From an uncultured Bryobacterales bacterium (GTDB lineage Bacteria > Acidobacteriota > Terriglobia > Bryobacterales > UBA6623): DNA of 36,571 bases. Below, in pieces: positions 34,851 through 36,571 of the stretch. The notes beneath the pieces are model-generated. The model was not told the DNA's origin. It searched no databases and worked only from the letters and a program-made list of their open reading frames with translations. A program made the position numbers and the translations under genes. The stretch's first letter is position 1. Every line of letters starts with the position of its first letter. The stretch is taken from assembly GCA_964649285.1 (NCBI GenBank), contig CAZYOX010000002.1:1-36571 (forward strand). The letters are read 5' to 3'.

Positions 34851-34895
34851 GCGCTCTCGTTTAGGGCGCGCAGGGAACGAGACTTGAGCGGCGCC

Positions 34896-36571
34896 ATGAT
34901 GAATCGGACGAACTGGATTCTGTTGACACTTGTCCTAATAATTCCATCTTGGAGTCAGGCTCAGATCCCGGGCCAGCCTCCCGTGGAAGCTTGTAAGCCC
35001 GGGAACTTCGCGGTCATCGGCTATCCCGACGAATTTGGGCCAAGGACGTCCCCGAGCTTTGACGTGCTGATCGACGAGCGTTTTCGCGGCAACTTCTTGA
35101 CGCAGAACCGCACCTGGATCAACGAGATTGTCGCCTCGGTGAACAAGTGGAACGACGTCTCGGACACGACATGGAAATTCCGCATTGCGGGGATGACGGA
35201 GGAGGAGCCGAGCGCGATTGACGGTAAGCTGACGATCGCTGCTTGCGGAGCTGATTTTGGGTGTCCGACAACGCGGCCGCCCTCACCTCCCGGCGGACCG
35301 GGCGGCGGAGTGATTGACTTCCGCGCTTCGACGCTCGCCGTCACCCTGATTTCGCAGGACCTCACGTTGCAGAGAGCCGTTAAGGACTCGGATATCTTCT
35401 TCAATCCGTCGATGCCGTTCGGCGTGAACCCGACTTCGGGAGAGATCGATTTCGAGACCGTGCTGATGCACGAGTTGGGTCACTCGTTGGGGTTAGACCA
35501 TAACGACAACTGCGTGGTGGGCCGTACGGTGATGGAGTCGGTCGTCGATCTGCAGGAGCTACGCAGGGACCTGTCGAGTTCGGAGCAGGAAGGCGTTCGC
35601 TTCTTGTATCCGACCGGCGATTCGGCCTCGATTCGAGTTTTTGACAGCGATAGGAACGTGCACTTCGACGCCGAGGTTGACGGTTTCGCTCCGTTTGGGC
35701 AAGAAGTCCATATCTATGGCCACCAAGGGCAACCGTTCACTGTGACAACGTCAGCTCCTTGGGTGAGCGTCGATTCGCCTACCGGCATGTTCGATGCTCA
35801 ACAGCACCTGCAGATTCTGGTCGACCAGAGCGGCATGCCAGTCGGGGACTACACGGCGACGGTTACGGTCGCCTCGGCGGGAATGCCGGGCCCTCCGGCG
35901 ACGATCGAGGTCTCGATGTCCGTCGTGCCGAAAACCGTGGAAGTGGGTTTCCCGGAATTGACGAGCGCCGGGACGGTAAACGGCGCGAACTATCGGTCGC
36001 ACGATCTCGCGCCGGGCTCGCTGATCACATTGTTTGGACAGAAGTTTTCTACGGAAACAGCGAGCTCTGCCGGATTTCCGCTGCCGACCACGCTGGCCGG
36101 CGTACGGGTGCTCTTCAACGGCGTTCCCGCTCCGCTGCTCTACGTGTCGCCCACGCAGATCAATGCGGTGGTTCCCGCGGATGCGTTGCTGGGCAGCGGC
36201 GGCGTCATCATCCAGAACGGACTAGGCCAGAACGAGCAGGTTGCGGTCACGATTACCGAGACGGCTCCGGAGCTGTTTGTTTGGGATTCAGGCGACGCTA
36301 TCGCGTTTAACGAAGACGGCACGATGAACGGCGAGGCGAACCCCGCACCGGCGGGCAGCGTCATCACCGTCTATCTGACTGGCGTGGGTCCGGTGGATCC
36401 GCCGGTACCGACCGGGAGCGCCGCCGGAAGCCAACCGCTTTCGGTATCGACAGCGGACTATTCGGCCCAAGTGGGCGGCGAGCCGGCCGTGGTGGAGTGG
36501 CTGGGCATGGCTCCGGGCTATTCTGGACTCGGCCAGGCGAACATACGGATTCCTGAAGGCGTGACGGGGCG
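34896..36571 (+). CDS. Secreted metzincin (matrixin-like) zinc metalloprotease with a Solibacter-type C-terminal domain (TIGR03437-like); 3' end lies outside the window
   Basis: This ORF is not in the supplied track; I translated it by hand and it stays open to the window end. It has a signal peptide (MMNRTNWILLTLVLIIPSWSQAQ), HELGHSLGLDH at 35469-35501 (HExxHxxGxxH) followed by a VMES Met-turn, and a C-terminal APGSLITLFG...APLLYVSPTQINAVVP...APELF...GSVITVYLTGVG...GMAPGYSGLGQANIRIP pattern. Confidence 0.8.
   Translation, partial: MMNRTNWILLTLVLIIPSWSQAQIPGQPPVEACKPGNFAVIGYPDEFGPRTSPSFDVLIDERFRGNFLTQNRTWINEIVASVNKWNDVSDTTWKFRIAGMTEEEPSAIDGKLTIAACGADFGCPTTRPPSPPGGPGGGVIDFRASTLAVTLISQDLTLQRAVKDSDIFFNPSMPFGVNPTSGEIDFETVLMHELGHSLGLDHNDNCVVGRTVMESVVDLQELRRDLSSSEQEGVRFLYPTGDSASIRVFDSDRNVHFDAEVDGFAPFGQEVHIYGHQGQPFTVTTSAPWVSVDSPTGMFDAQQHLQILVDQSGMPVGDYTATVTVASAGMPGPPATIEVSMSVVPKTVEVGFPELTSAGTVNGANYRSHDLAPGSLITLFGQKFSTETASSAGFPLPTTLAGVRVLFNGVPAPLLYVSPTQINAVVPADALLGSGGVIIQNGLGQNEQVAVTITETAPELFVWDSGDAIAFNEDGTMNGEANPAPAGSVITVYLTGVGPVDPPVPTGSAAGSQPLSVSTADYSAQVGGEPAVVEWLGMAPGYSGLGQANIRIPEGVTG

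Noticed and set aside
34520-34864. A 114-aa plus-strand ORF spanning the methyltransferase start and the intergenic region.
   Set aside because: It is Arg/Gly-rich with no motifs, overlaps the 5' end of the methyltransferase gene in antisense, and contains the terminator-like hairpin within it. It is more likely non-coding.
1-36571. A search for CRISPR arrays, IS elements, integrases, prophage genes, toxin-antitoxin pairs and rRNA/tRNA genes.
   Set aside because: None was recognised by eye on either strand. The window looks like core chromosome rather than an accessory or defence island. A computational repeat and Rfam scan would be needed to be certain.

Overview
This is a visibly GC-rich, densely packed bacterial chromosomal segment with about 32 protein-coding genes on both strands. 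I saw no rRNA, tRNA, CRISPR array, transposase or integrase.

The gene content points to an Acidobacteriota genome of the Solibacter/Bryobacter type. This is an inference from BshC, many secreted TPR and TonB_C proteins, FGE-like enzymes, and a metzincin carrying the Solibacter-type C-terminal domain.

Most genes are ordinary metabolism or transport:
- Metabolism: recR, hemW, threonine aldolase, a 2-hydroxyacid dehydrogenase, a UbiD-family decarboxylase, PfpI, ThuA and PhyH.
- Transport: MFS, MATE, SSS and Na/Pi transporters.

The less ordinary parts are:
1. A tightly coupled minus-strand operon: an NfrB-like glycosyltransferase without a c-di-GMP module, a TVP38/DedA protein, a flavoprotein disulfide reductase and a TIGR04283-like GT2.
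2. A UvrC N-terminal-half (Cho-like) paralogue.
3. A DapA-fold protein lacking the Schiff-base lysine.
4. A co-directional gene string: a periplasmic FGE-like/AMIN fusion, a short OYE-like flavoenzyme, a divergent PRTase and a STAND-like protein with a dead P-loop plus TPR-like repeats.
5. A mirrored, translationally coupled pair of coiled-coil methyltransferases.
6. Several non-coding signals: a perfect 10-bp AT-rich inverted repeat at the bshC/hemW divergent region, an orphan terminator-like hairpin in the leader of the metzincin gene, and a 390-nt non-coding spacer.

None of these can be proven to be a new system from sequence alone. All functional links are inference. Many long antisense or alternative-frame ORFs in the supplied track are GC-content artefacts and were rejected.
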